From assembly GCA_964016885.1 (NCBI GenBank), contig OZ024743.1, positions 152,396,001 to 152,460,000 of the forward strand: 64,000 nucleotides of DNA, in the 5' to 3' direction. The position numbers and the translations under genes are program-made. The notes beneath the pieces were generated by a model that saw nothing but the letters and a program-made list of their open reading frames with translations, did no database searches and was not told the origin of the DNA. This document shows, one piece after another, positions 24,232-39,099 of the stretch (positions within the stretch are counted from its first letter, which is position 1; the number at the start of each line of letters is the position of its first letter). This stretch comes from Eledone cirrhosa. Lineage: Eukaryota.

Positions 24232-25311
24232 GGGGGGGGAGAGTGAGTGAGTGAGTGAGAGCGGGGGAGAAAGAGAGGAGGGGACATGTTTATGTATATA
24301 TATCAACAAAGTTTTGGAAAAGAAACCAGAAAATACGAATTTTGAATGAAGGTGTTAGAAAATCAGTGTGTGGAAGGGTGTGACCTAGTCAGTGACATTG
24401 CGATAAAGTAGCTGATTGGTGAACAGGTGTAGACCTACAGGCGTCTAAGTACAATTGAAGTAGAGTAGGTATATATATTTATACATACATATATTTATTT
24501 ATTTATTATATTTACATTTACATTCCAAAATACGCATTAAGTCTGCCTTTTTTTTCTTTTACTATTATATGTTATCCTTATTGTTATGCACTCACTACGC
24601 CCGCTACTTTATAAGAAGTTCTTTCACCTTCAATTGAATATTGCCAATGTGTGCCGTTGTCAGGGCGAAGTAACCTTCAATCCCGCGCCCTATAAAAATG
24701 ACACATAAGGCGGCGAATTGTCAAAATCGGTTTTTGTTCCGAATCACAGCGCTCTAAGTTCAAATCCCACCGAGGTCAACTTCGCCTCTCATCCATCCAA
24801 GGTCGATAATTATAATACCAGCCTAACACTAAGATCAATTCTCTCTCTCTCTCTCTAATCGATTGTGTTCCATATCGTGGAGGATTGAGTTCCACCAGGT
24901 TTAAATGTCTGAGACACATTGTATGTCTGGACGGCGTTCGTATAACTCCATCGGGAGTTATAGGAATTCTACATTTTTAATGAGATGTAGGTAAAAATGA
25001 ATTGAAAGTTACGACGTTCGATATCTGTTGACAAACAAACCTTCTGTCTCTGTCTATCTTAGTCTCCCTCCCTCTCCATTACTTAGAAACATTACGCTTT
25101 ATGACCACAAGCACATGAACAATAGTACCTCGGTTTTGGGGCACCATCGAAGGAAATAGCTAAATTTCGTTAAAATTCTACCATGCAATTCTAAGTATGT
25201 AAAGTCCGAAATAAAGATGGAATGGTTATAACTGGAATGACATTGATGGAAGTTCTGCTTAGTCAAGGTTGACGGGAAGGGAAGGGGCTAAAGAGCAACA
25301 GTCATCTACGG

Positions 25312-25507
25312 CAGGCATGCCAAACTGAGGGTTCTCCGAGGGCCGCATGGGTCACATGTGTTGTCTGAGGGCCAGACACAACTAATAGCGCACATTACAA
25401 CACATTTTTTAAATTTTATATCACGAAAATAAAAGATGCTCGCACAGTAAAAACCTTTGTGCGGGCTACAGGTGTGCTTGCAAAGGGCCACATGTTTGAC
25501 ATGCCTG
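25312..25507. mobile_element. hAT (Charlie-like) MITE, 196 bp
   Basis: TIRs CAGGCATGCCAAAC…GTTTGACATGCCTG; perfect 8-bp TSD ATCTACGG at 25304-25311 and 25508-25515. Confidence 0.9.
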
Positions 25508-25699
25508 ATCTACGGAGTCTTCTTCACAGCGTGTAAGTTACAAAATCCCTCTGTATTTCTCTCACCTATCGTCTGCTGTGACTTAATTTTAGCCTACACT
25601 GTTACCAACTTGAATTTCTTTCTAAAAATCCCTTTCACTAGCAATGTAATCAACACCAACATTACAAATCTACGTGCGATACCGCCACACTCAATCTTC

Positions 25700-26660
25700 T
25701 AAAAAGAGCAGCAAAATTCCCCTCAAAGCAAACCCTTACCAACTAAAAAATGGAAATATACCAGTTAACGTAGCCCTTGAATTACTGTCTAAAAAAATAA
25801 ATAGATGGTTATGGTTATAACGCTTTGAACATAAATATCAGAGCTGACCTGGGTCTTAACATCAAAGAAACAAGCCAGCGAGACAAGGGAACCTCTACAA
25901 CAGCTAAATAAGTTTTGCTAACCCCAAAACAACTCTAATACAGGCTCCTCTACTCAGCTGCTCAAACTGTTGAAAATAACAGTTAACTAGCCCTCAAATC
26001 AAACTCTATCGTCTTAAAAAATGACGTGTTATGTCATCCTCGTTACACTGTATCTGGCTAAAAGATGGTTAAACCAATAGTTAGACAATGATTCTAATGC
26101 GGCCTTACAACTAACTAGCGAGAGGAGTTCTACGCGATCGTTCGACCTCCTGGTAATAGCTGTAAAAGCTCCCCCAAATCATACCACACTAGTTTTGGAT
26201 TGACTTAGATCATAGGTCTGCTTGAACAGTGTTGACTTGTATCTAAACAAGAAACTGCACCACCTCCAGAATCAGTTGTCAGCGGAAGGTCACTAAGAAG
26301 TTACTTGCACAGGTAGAAACAATAGCCAAATCTCACTCAAATTACACCATACCCATATGATACATTAGATAATGTAGACCTACATTTTCCTAAAGCGACG
26401 ACATGATCATGGCAGCTCTATAGATAAACAACGACAGTTGCTTAAGAGGAAGTTCCTGGATGACCGCTCAACTTGCCAGAAATAACAGTCAAAAATCTAC
26501 CTCAAATTACACTATAGTGTTTTTAAAAATAGAGAAGCATTAGAGAGACAATATAATGTTTGGATATACTGTCTGAAAATAAGAAAGGGAGGTCACTGCT
26601 GGAACATATTTGATAAGAGGTTTGCCCAATTGTTACTGATCTGAGGCTAAACAACAGTCA
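25700..26660 (+). repeat. Cluster of diverged copies of an unclassified ~190-bp interspersed repeat
   Basis: Recurring GAAATAGCAGCCAAATCTCCCTCAAAT…CATTGGATAATGT…GCTGGAAT…TTTGATCA…GGGCTAAACAAC; also at ~440, 8340, 10590, 11010 and inverted at ~27250, 28610, 56430. Confidence 0.75.
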
Positions 26661-27660
26661 CCACCGTCCCTCATACAATCTATCACTACCGTCGTTAGCA
26701 CAGCTAACTCCGCTAGTGCCATCGCTGCCAACCCCACCAACTCTTCTTCTGCTACCACTACATCTACCGTCTTCTATTCCACAACTGCCATCATACTTAC
26801 TGTCTCCACATCTACTGCCACTAACAATTTTAACTTTACAGCTGAACTCTTGTTATTACTGCCACCCTTACCAACACCGCTTGCTATAACATCGCTACTG
26901 ACACTTGTTTGTTTTCTACTTAGGTTTATATCCGTGTTCATTCTACAAACAATAAACAAGGCTATTAGAAGATAAGGCGCGTGCTGCAAATACGAAAAGC
27001 TACTGTTTCGAAACCTACGCATTCTCAAGTAGTGTTTTGATAATTCGAGATGAGCGATGCAAAGAAGAAAGGAAGGAGATAGCGTTACTCTAAATGAATA
27101 CAGTTATTCTACATGTTAGTTTGTTGTTAGTATATCATTAATTAACTGTTTTACTAAGGAAAGCTAACCGAAAAAAACAAAAAAACTTTTGAGTCGGCTT
27201 CAGATCAAGATTTTAATTCGGTCCTAAGGTAAGTATTATTGTTGATTTAGCATCGAGCCTGCTCTAATCGAGCATACACCTATGATCAAAAGTACTCAAG
27301 CTGTAAACCAAACACCCATTTTATGTTTCAGGAATATGACTCCACAGAAAACATCATCCGACGCGTATTTAAAAAAAAAAGAAGCCGATTAAGGTGTAGT
27401 TTGATAAAGATTTGGATGCTTTTTCAAGCTGGCAATACCACCCGGGCACACTTGAATTTGCACCCCCACCATACACCTATCCACACATAATACAGCATAT
27501 TGCACAGTTACTCGCTTAAAGTGTCGCCCAGAGCAGATCGCCTCCCCTCCCTGCTATCGATACTACTAGCAGGTCGAGTGATTTCCAATGTCATTCGATA
27601 GTAAAAACTGGCGAAGTTTTAAAATAAGTCCAAACCAACCCTCATGCCCATAACTTGTAT

Positions 27661-28030
27661 TTGGATTGGCAGTATCGGTAGACGGTCGGACGCCATGCTT
27701 TCCAGCATAGTTACGTCCCTTTACGATCTGAGTTCAAATCCCACCGAGGTTGACTTTGCCTTTCATCCTTACGGGGTCGATAAAATAAAGTACCAGTAAT
27801 GCAGTGGGTAATTGCTGGCCTTGTGCCTAAAGTAGAAACAATTATTTAAGAAAGGACGGTGGATTGGCAGCATCGGTAGAGGGTCGGACACCATGCCTTG
27901 ACGCATAGAGTTACGGCCCTTATCATTCTCAGTTCAAATCCCGCCGAGGTTAACTTTACCTTTCATCCTTACGGGGTCGATAAAATAAAGTAATTGCTGG
28001 CCTTGTGCCAAAAGTAGAAACAATTATTTA
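27661..28030 (+). mobile_element. Two tandem tRNA-derived SINEs (Meta-like central domain)
   Basis: GGATTGGCAG…GAGTTCAAATCCC…GCCTTTCATCCTTACGGGGTCGATAAAATAAAGTA…GTAGAAACAATTATT. Confidence 0.85.
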
Positions 28031-29534
28031 TTTAAGAAATTTTTATACGCAGTTACGAGGTTGGTTACTTATTCTAAAATTATCGTAATAATAATAATTA
28101 CTAATAAACCCGTGTCATTAGTTATGATAGGAAGTAGTCTTTATAATAGTGACATTAATAACAGCAATCAGCCGTGAAGTTGGATATATTAATAGATTAT
28201 TTAATGTAGGAAACTACGAAAGAAAGGCACACAAATTAATGGGAACCACCTCAGCCAAAGTTAAATCTAAAAACTGAATTTTGGCTAATATTCCATTTTA
28301 CTTATCCTTATAGATTTTAAAGAGCTAACTCCTGCCTAATGGGGTTGATAAAATAAAACACCAGTAATGCACTGTGGTCGATTTAATCGACTTTCCCCTC
28401 CCCCAAAATTACTGGCTTTGTGCCTATAGTAGAATTCATTGTTATTTGTATATAATGTTAGGTGGGGGTGGAGCAGACACAAAGGAAAATATGTTTGCAG
28501 TATTAAATTTGTATCTTTCTATATTCTGAGTTCAAACGTGCCTTAATTTGCTTTGCTTTTCTCTCTATGGGTTGTTAATGTTTATTCCCAAGTGATCTAT
28601 GATTGAGTAAATCTATGATCAAAGGCATTCCAGTCATGATCATCTTGTCTTTCAAAGACTATTTAGGAATATATTATCTAATGTGTCCTGTCTTAAATAA
28701 GATGTTAAATCATGATTTAGGAAGATTTGGCTGCTATTTCAAGCAGGTCAAATCATTATGTAGAGAATCCCTCATTGACTCGTTTCTTTATAGGTCAATA
28801 ACATTAGTGCCATTCTTATGATTAGTTCAAATCAGTAGACCATATCCCTGATCTCCAATTTATATTCTTCTATCAATGTAAAAACTCATTATTTGCTCTA
28901 GTATAGAAGTCAGCTAGTCACGTCTATAACATAGTTTCAATTCCCACTTGTAACAATTTCATGATATGTACATGGTTAATATCATTGAGAGAAGCATGAC
29001 TGTCACACCCCACCATCTCAGTTTCTCTACCTTAATAATCATGTAAGAAATCAATATTGTCAATGAAAACCCACAAAGTATCACTATACATTTCTAACAA
29101 AGCGACCCCCCCCCTCTCTCTCTCTCTGTCTCATCAAATTAACAAATATCAATAATATTGATTTAATAGTATTACTTTCTTAGGCTGAAAGCTTTATTAT
29201 CCAGAAGAATTGACTCAACTCAAATAATATTATCAGTATTTATTCTATTGACCATAATGTTGTGTCCACGGTACTGGATCCATTACTAAAGTCTTACAAA
29301 GGCCAGTAATGTTATTACTGACAATGGAAAAGTATGGGTTATAACCAGATTTCTAATAGACAATCTATAACAAATATAGGTGTTTAGGACATTGGATACA
29401 ACTTAGCTAATTCTCTTTTGCAAGTTATGCCAATGTCTTTTCCAGTGAGTTATATTTCCTTATATTGCCAATTTGTGCTATGAGTATTCTGCTATCAATG
29501 TAGCTCTTTGGCTACTGAAGACATTCATTTTTGG

Positions 29535-29956
29535 CTACAGCTGGAATTGCAACCTAAGGAGGGATTTAGAGTATATGAAATTTGACATGCAAAATTTCAC
29601 AAAATCAGAAGAGGGTTAGACAAAATATTTTCAGCTATTCTATTATACTTTTGGGTTGTTAAAATTCGACCAGTCAAGTTCTATGAGTGTTCTGATTTAG
29701 TGACACACACGGTGAGCCTGATTGCTAAGAAGTAGGCCACTGTGACGTTTTTATATTAAGGAAAATGAATTATGACCAGACTGCAGCTAGAATTGATGTC
29801 TAGGGAGTGATTTTAACTAGCTGAAATTTGACATTCAAACACTGGCCCAATCAGAAAAGGGTTAAACAAAATACTTTCAGTTATTTAATTATGTATCTTT
29901 GCCTTTTGTACCTTTGTCTTGATAAAATTTGACCAGTCAAATACTAGGAGTGTTCT
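29535..29956. repeat. Diverged direct duplication (~245-bp period)
   Basis: 29535-29693 vs 29781-29956 share TGAAATTTGACAT…AATCAGAA.AGGGTTA.ACAAAATA…GACCAGTCAA…GAGTGTTCT. Confidence 0.7.
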
Positions 29957-31451
29957 ATTGTGGGCTTGTACAAAGCTGATGATACATCGATGGTAGATGT
30001 GTGAAATGTAGGCCACATTTCAACTGGAACTAGGCCCAAGCCAGATGTAAATTTTAGGCCCACTTCAAACTGCTTCATTAAGTATTTAGTAATTAGGCAT
30101 AAATGAATACATATGATTTGTGTATGAGGTAAAGGTATGTACAAGTTTGTGTAGAATAGATGATGTTTTAATAAGTATCAAAAGAGAATAGAAGTACTGC
30201 AATGATTCATAAAAGATGTGATTCTGTACAAAGGGATACCATTTAACATCTAACAAACACTCTCAAAATTATACGTCTATGCCAACTTACTATCTGACTC
30301 CCTATCTGTTCTGGCCTAATTATGACACCTAAATGCAAGAAGCCAGGAATAAAGAAGCCAATGAATATGTACAATATTTGATGCATTAGTTTTTTGTTTG
30401 TTTTTATTATAGTTTAAATCAAATTTGCATTTGAACATTGATTTTTGGTTATATTTAGTCAACATTAGTTGAACCATAGACAAAAAATATTGTAAGAGAT
30501 GTCAGAAAAAGATTGCACATCAATTTTCTAATTGATTATAGCTGATCTCCAAACAAATTATGGCCTTTTGCCTGTGTTAAAAGTCATTTTATATTTAGTT
30601 ACAGACCTTTCCAATCTGAGTTCAAATCCCACCAAGGTCACCTTTCATTCATTTATTTTCTAAGTTCATATTCTGCTCTGGACAACATTGCTTTTAGCAG
30701 GACCCACAGAGCATTAAGGTCTGGTTTCCTGTTTGGAGATACCTTCCCTCCCCCTTCCCTGCCAGCAGTCTTGGAAACTCTGCCTTTTCTTCAGTAAAAA
30801 AAAAAGAACCAGTTAAATACAAAGATCAATTCAATCAACTGCTTTGTCATGAGAAATATGTAATTTTTTGCCAATTAGCAGTATTGGTAGTGTATGGGAG
30901 AAATGCTTTGCAGCATTTAGTTACAACCCTCTTTATTCTATGTTCAAATCCTGCTGAGGTCAATTTTCCCTTGTATCCATCTAGGGTCAATAAAATAAAG
31001 TACAAGGCAAATAATGGTGCTAAAATTAGAAACTATTACTAGGTAAGTATAATAGAGAAGTAGAAATAGTAAACTGCCAGACTAAATGTTTTGTGGTGTC
31101 TAATTATGTTTTGATTCCAAATGGATAGAGGTAAGTATTGATGTCAATTCAATCATCTATATGTTTACTCAACAAATTTATGGCTATAGCCAGCCATTAT
31201 TAGAAAGTATTCTAATAGTGTCCAGTCACACTCACATACCTATAGTGATTAATTAGGCTGAAAGGGAGCAGTGTGTCCATTAATACCACCAACACTAAAC
31301 TTCGAGACCATCCAACTCAACTGAGACTCCTCAACATGGCTACTGAACATGTTATAGCAACTGACTCTCTATCAAATTACATTTTATCATCTTAGAAAAA
31401 GATGCAATAAATAATTGTCTCCTGGGTTCTCTACATAGAAAAAGACGCAAT

Positions 31452-31839
31452 TGTAGCGATGCTACTCGCTTGGTGTATTTATAAGCTATTCGTGCGTGAT
31501 TTGGCTAAGTCAGGTCAATCATAAGCCACGCTCAAATATATATTCCAACTTCCGCCCAAACAAAGATTTTCCCGCTTCTTTGGTTAAAACTATCTCAGTT
31601 GCTGCTTTAATCGCTGAACGGAAAAGACACTATTATGTAACGGTGAGATTTTCCCTTTGGCTTGTCGGCACAACGCCACTCTTACTTCTTGGTTCTTAAT
31701 TTTGCTTGTATCTTTTTGAACGGCATGCCTGCTTAACTCTCTGTAATTTAGTTGTAAATAAAAACATGTAAAAATGTTATTGAAGACTTACAACTATCTC
31801 AACAAACATTCACTTCTCTCACACATAATATACGTTACA
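31452..31839 (+). mobile_element. Probable LTR (TG…CA)
   Basis: Starts TGTAGCG, ends CGTTACA; internal AATAAA near 31757; CpG-richer than flanks; no clear TSD. Confidence 0.45.
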
Positions 31840-32226
31840 TTTCTAGCCATAACAAATAGCCTTACAACTCCTTGTATTCTAAAAAACAACACGCAACAAT
31901 TATATTTATTGATACTTCAATACCTCATCTACAACACGCAGCCTCTTATTCTCATTGTGCCAACACGGCACACAATTAAACTTTCTTATTAATATTATGC
32001 CAACATAGCATAATATTTTTTTTCCACAAAATCATAAATAATGGTGTCCTGGGTTCTCTACATAGAAAAAAGATGGGATGGTTATAGTTATGAATGCTAA
32101 GCATGATTTCATTAACTTTTCTCCTTACTTCTCCCATAAGTTGTGTATATTAGGATATAAAACTCTGTCACATTACTTAAAACTGGGCTTTGGATATATT
32201 TATGGCACATTATTGACAAGAATACC

Positions 32227-32411
32227 GCGGTGGATTGGCAGTGTCGGTAGAGGGTCGGGCGCCATGCTTTGACGCATAGAGTTACGGTCCTTGCCATTCT
32301 GAGTTCAAATCCCGCCGAGGTTAACTTTGCCTTTCATCCTTACGGGGTCGATAAAATAAAGTACCAGTAATGCACTGGGTAATTACTGGCCTTGTGCCAA
32401 AAGTAGAAACA
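32227..32411 (+). mobile_element. Young SINE (Meta-like family) with 18-bp TSD
   Basis: TSD ATTATTGACAAGAATACC at 32209-32226 and 32412-32429. Confidence 0.9.
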
Positions 32412-32559
32412 ATTATTGACAAGAATACCTGTAAAATACTCTTCCTAGATCTTCATTGAACTAATTTAGTCTTATAGTGTAAAATAAAAGTTCTTTTTTT
32501 TTGCCAGAATAAATTATCTCAACAGTATCGACTAACCATTCAGTGGTATATCTTTCTTC

Positions 32560-32900
32560 TTCTTCATCATGTCTGTTTCTCCATGCTTGCATAGGTTAGA
32601 TGAGTCTTCTTTAGTACTACATCTCTCCTCTTATTTCTTTCCTTTGATACTTCTTTTGTGCAGGTTGGTTTCCTGAGATACACCTCCACTTACTCTATCC
32701 ATGTTGTTTTTGGTTTTCCACTTCCATAGTTTCCTTCCACTTAGAACTTCTGGCATCTCATCAGCCAATGATCATCATTCATACACACTACATGATCATA
32801 TCATTGCAATCTTCTTTATTGCATATTACATATGATTCCTCTTAACCCAGCCATGCTTAATTTTTCTTTCAACTCATCCGTGTTTCATTGTTCATGCTTT
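32560..32900 (-). mobile_element. RTE LINE 3' fragment
   Basis: Decayed RRL-W-GHV and GKPKTTW motifs; CCTATGCAAGCATGGAG tail with (GAT/GAA)n. Confidence 0.7.
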
Positions 32901-33325
32901 TCTTTTACTTTGTTTCCATACTGTGCTATATTGCATATCATGTCATCCTTGGACAGAACCAGCAGCATATCAGCTTTTTGTGAGAAAATATTTGCAAACC
33001 CTCCATTCAATCCTTTTTTTATGCCTGATAACGAGATGCAATTAATGGTTCCCTATGTCCCTTCTCACAGTCTAGCATAAATGATTCTGAGAGACAGACA
33101 AAATAATTGACTGCAGTAATTGACTAGTAATTTATTTATTGGCATTGGAAAGATGAAAGATGAAAGTTACCTTACTGACATTTGAACTCAGAGGATAGAG
33201 AGAACAAATACAACAAGGGGTTCTATCTAATGTCTCTAATATCAATTTGCAACAGATTCAATCATGTGTGCATGAGTGTGTATGCATACGTACACGTTCA
33301 TGCACATACACAGGTACACACATGC

Positions 33326-33362
<37 letters not shown>

Positions 33363-33439
33363 CCAACCCATGCAAGCATGAAAAAGTAGAAGTAAAAGCG
33401 ATGATAATGGTTATACACACACACACATATATAATAATA

Positions 33440-33630
33440 ATAATTGTTTCTACTTTAGGCACAAGGCCAGCAATTACCCAGTGCATTACTGGTACTTTAT
33501 TTTATCGACCCTGTAAGGATGAAAGGCAAAGTTAACCTCAGCAAGATTTGAACTCAGAATGGCAAGGGCCGTAACTCTATGCATCAAAGCATGGCGTCCA
33601 ACTCTCTACCGATACTGCCAATCCACCGCC
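33440..33630 (-). mobile_element. SINE (Meta-like family)
   Basis: Reverse complement of the 32227 element. Confidence 0.85.
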
Positions 33631-35869
33631 TTTATATATAATAATAATAATAATTTCTGATTTAGGCACAAGGCCAACAATGTTTTGTTTTTTGAGGAGG
33701 GGAATTGATGAAATCGACCCCAGTGCATTACTGTTACTTTATTTTATCAAGCCATAAGGATGAAAGGCAAAGCTAACCTTGGCAGGATTTGAACTCAGAG
33801 CATAAAGGTCCATAACTCTATGCAATGAATCACAAAGTTGGCACCACTATACAAGAGTTGTGAGATTTTCCAATATTCTATGAATATCCTGGAGTTGTTT
33901 TCACTTTTTCTGTTAATTTAGTTTTTAGTCAGAAGGAAGGAGATACATCCATGACTGTTGTAACCCTTTTGAGATGGATAGGTTTCATGTAGTTGATGAT
34001 TAGCATGGACATTTACAAGTCAATATTTACAGGAAAACCATTAGTGGGAATGCAAAATGTTGACATTCAGGGAAGAAAATTTTGGGTTAAATGGTTATTG
34101 CTGGGTCTAGAAAAGGAGACCCAGAATAGGTGACAAAAGAAGAAGAGACAGATGTATCTTGTGGGTGTAGATGGAAAGTTATCTCTGAAGAGCAGAGGAG
34201 AGTAGTAATAATAGAAGAGGCGTTGTAACCTACAGTGCATCTGTAGGTTAGAGGCTAGAGTGTGTTGAGAGAGTTGCTGTTAGTCACATGGCTTTCTATT
34301 CAATAAAGTCTAGAATATTTGTGTGTGTAGCAGCAACGTCATATCAGATGTGGAAGTAGTATTCCATTTTGGGTTTCACTTTAGTTTTATAGGTAGTATT
34401 TTCTGTTTCTAAAGTGTAAGGTTAATCTTTGGGAGCCTAACATGTGCAGTTCAAGGGTTGTAATTGCATATTGTCCAAAACTAAAGAGGATGTGGTACAA
34501 GATTATATCCTTGGTTTCTTGCAAGCAGATAATAACATACTGCATATCATTGTTAATATTATGTATTTCAATGAAGAGAAGAAACTTTTCCCTATCAGCA
34601 GGCAAAAGCATTGTAGCTAGTGTCCATAAAGGCCTGTTTCTGACATTGATGACTGTTTTCATCTGTACACATTTTTTTATGAACACCATTTTATTGTTAG
34701 TAGTGATAATAGAATTCGTTGAAATGGGGCCACAACAGGGACACTTATTTTATGAACTCATTATCATCATGATAATTTATAAAAAACAAAATCAAGATTT
34801 CCCTTTTTACACCATTTTTTAACATTTTTCTTTCTTTTTTTTTTTTTTTAAATGGCAAACAAAATGAAAGCTGACACAAGAATTATTCCAGGCTATTAAC
34901 ATGTCTAACAGATGCTGGAGACAAGGCTATAATGCTATATTGTGTAATTTCTTCTTTTTTTTCCACTAACTAATTTGTGGTTATGTGATACAACTAGTTA
35001 TAAGGTTATGGTTTAAACTAAACAATGTAAGACAAATCCAAGTAAGCAAAGGAAACGAAGGAATAAATTTGTTATGTCAATAAGAATGACAATAACTTTG
35101 TCAGCATTAGTAATGACTGTGCAGAATAAGGCTAAGTAAATAGTTATACAAGATATTTACAGTAAGAACAACAACAAGTACAGAAATAATAACAATAATA
35201 ATTTGTAACAAAAACACAAGGTCAGAAATTTGGTGAGATGGCTAAGTTGGTTAATTAACCCCTGTGCTTCAGCAGTAACTTATTCTACTCAACCTTGGAG
35301 CCATGAAAGGCAAATTTAATCTTGCTTGGATTTAAATTCAGAATGCACAGTACTCAGTGTAAATGAGGTTTGTATTAGGAAGGGCACCCAGCTGTAGAAA
35401 TCAAGCCAAAATCAGTTCTGTATGAGCAAGACATGGTCGCCTGACCTGGCATTGCCCACAACAGGACAACCCGTCTAACCCATGCTAGCATGGAAGAACA
35501 GACGTAAAACAGTGATGATGATGCTGATTATGAATGTAAAGAGCTGGAACAAATAGCAAAAAGAGGTTTGTCTGATGCTCTAATGATTCTGCTAAGCCAC
35601 CACTCTAGCAATAAGGATGGCAATGATGATATTGATGATGAAGAAGATGATGGTTGTGATGGTGGTAATGATGATGATGATTTCTTATAAGGACACAAGG
35701 CCATACATTTTGTGACAATTTAATTAATTTCACTACATGAGCAGAAATTATTTTACTGACTCCAAAGTCATCATAGACAAAATTGACCTCTTGCTACCCA
35801 ATCTTAACCAAAATAGAATATATTTATTGACATGACAGAGTTAGGATTTACATACACTGGAGATTTTGC

Positions 35870-36290
35870 CAGCATTATGAGAAACCAACAGAAAAGAGAT
35901 GATACAGTATACAAGAGAAAAGGTTTGAAGGGATGACAAAGTAACCATACTCTGGGATATGCCAATATACACAGACAGGGAGATAAAAACCAGTTGTCTA
36001 GATATTTAGCCAATGACCACAAATAACTGAAATGCCTGCGAATTGACATATCAGTCCCCCACAGTTGACTATATATGTCCCAAAGAAATGGAGAAATCAT
36101 CCAAATATACACACATGAAGATAGAAATATCCTGAATGTTAATGAAAACAAAGGCAATTTTTATAATAATTAGGTGCTTTGAGAATGTTAAAACACACAC
36201 ACAGATACATAACCCAAACCCCAGGACTTACAAATATATGCAATATATAGAAAATAGTATTACTAAGCACTGCACACTTACTATGAATAG
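35870..36290 (+). mobile_element. RLE-domain relic of an R4-like element
   Basis: Decayed ILWD…TD…CLRIDISVP…IIIGA motifs. Confidence 0.5.
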
Positions 36291-36834
36291 TACTTTCATT
36301 ACAATAAAAACAATACCAAAAGCAGCACCGTTCATACCCAAGGCACATTCTGTAATGTAGTAACATCATACAATGAAAATATGACAAAAGATAATAATAT
36401 CGATAGTTTCTAATTTAGGCAAAAGACTACCAACTTTGCAGGTAAAGGTGTTCTATTTTATCTGTCCTGGTAGGACAAAAGGCAACCTTGATCCTGGCAA
36501 GAGATTAATTCAGAAATATAGAACTGGAAAAAAATGCTACAAAGTATTATGTTTGATGACCCAATGGTTCTTCCAGGGTTTCTTAAAATGGCTTGAGGCT
36601 CCAAATTTGGGAGAGGGACTTTCAATTGATGCTACTATTTATCTGGTGTTTATTTGATTGACCTCTGAAGGATGAAAGGCAAAGTTGACTTCTGAAGGAT
36701 TTGAACTCAGGATGTCAAATTAAAAACGTACACACTTTAAGATATTGTTTGTAGTGTTAGTAGAATATGTTGAAATTAGGCCACAACTAAAACACTTATA
36801 TTATGAACTCATTATTATACAGCCCCTATTAACA

Positions 36835-37300
36835 GCGGTGGATTGTCAGTATCAGTAGAGAGTCGGACGCCATGCTTTGCAGCAAAGAGTTACGGCCCTT
36901 TACGGTCTGAGTTCACATCCCGCCAATGTTAACTTTGCCTTTCATCCTTACGGGATCGATAAAATAAAGTACCAATAATGTACTGGATAATTGCTGGCTT
37001 TGTGCCAAAAGTAGAAACAATTATTATACAGCCCTTTATGGTCTGAGTTCAAATCACGCCAAGGTTAACTTTGCCTTTCATCCTTACAGGGTCGATAACA
37101 TAAAGTACCAGTAATGTACTGGGTAATTGCTGGCTTTGTGCCAAAAGTAGAAACAATTATTTTACAGCCCTTTATGGTCTGAGTTCAAATCACGCCAAGG
37201 TTAACTTTGCCTTTCATCCTTACGGGATCGATAAAATAAAGTACCAGTAATACACTGGCATAATTGCTGGCCTTGTGCCAAAAGTAGAAACAATTATTAT
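36835..37300 (+). mobile_element. SINE followed by two tandem 5'-truncated copies (~137-bp unit)
   Basis: Junction ATTATT(A/T)TACAGCCC repeated at ~36811, 37020 and 37157. Confidence 0.85.
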
Positions 37301-37472
37301 TTTATATTAGTTATATTATGCAGTTCTTCTCATCATAACAAGGTGGGGAGTCCTTCTATTCATCAGATTCAATAGTAATAATATAAATCACAATAACACT
37401 AATTACATAAAGGTATGAAAACTGGCAATGTAAATAAAAGTATTAGAAGTTGCAATATTATAGATAACAACA

Positions 37473-39099
<1,627 letters not shown>

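Noticed and set aside
36835-37300. CRISPR-like repeat array
   Set aside because: Tandem SINE copies without unique spacers, in eukaryotic DNA
37325-37370. Minus-strand CUGAUGA plus hairpin
   Set aside because: Followed by GAUG rather than GAAA, with no stem I or III
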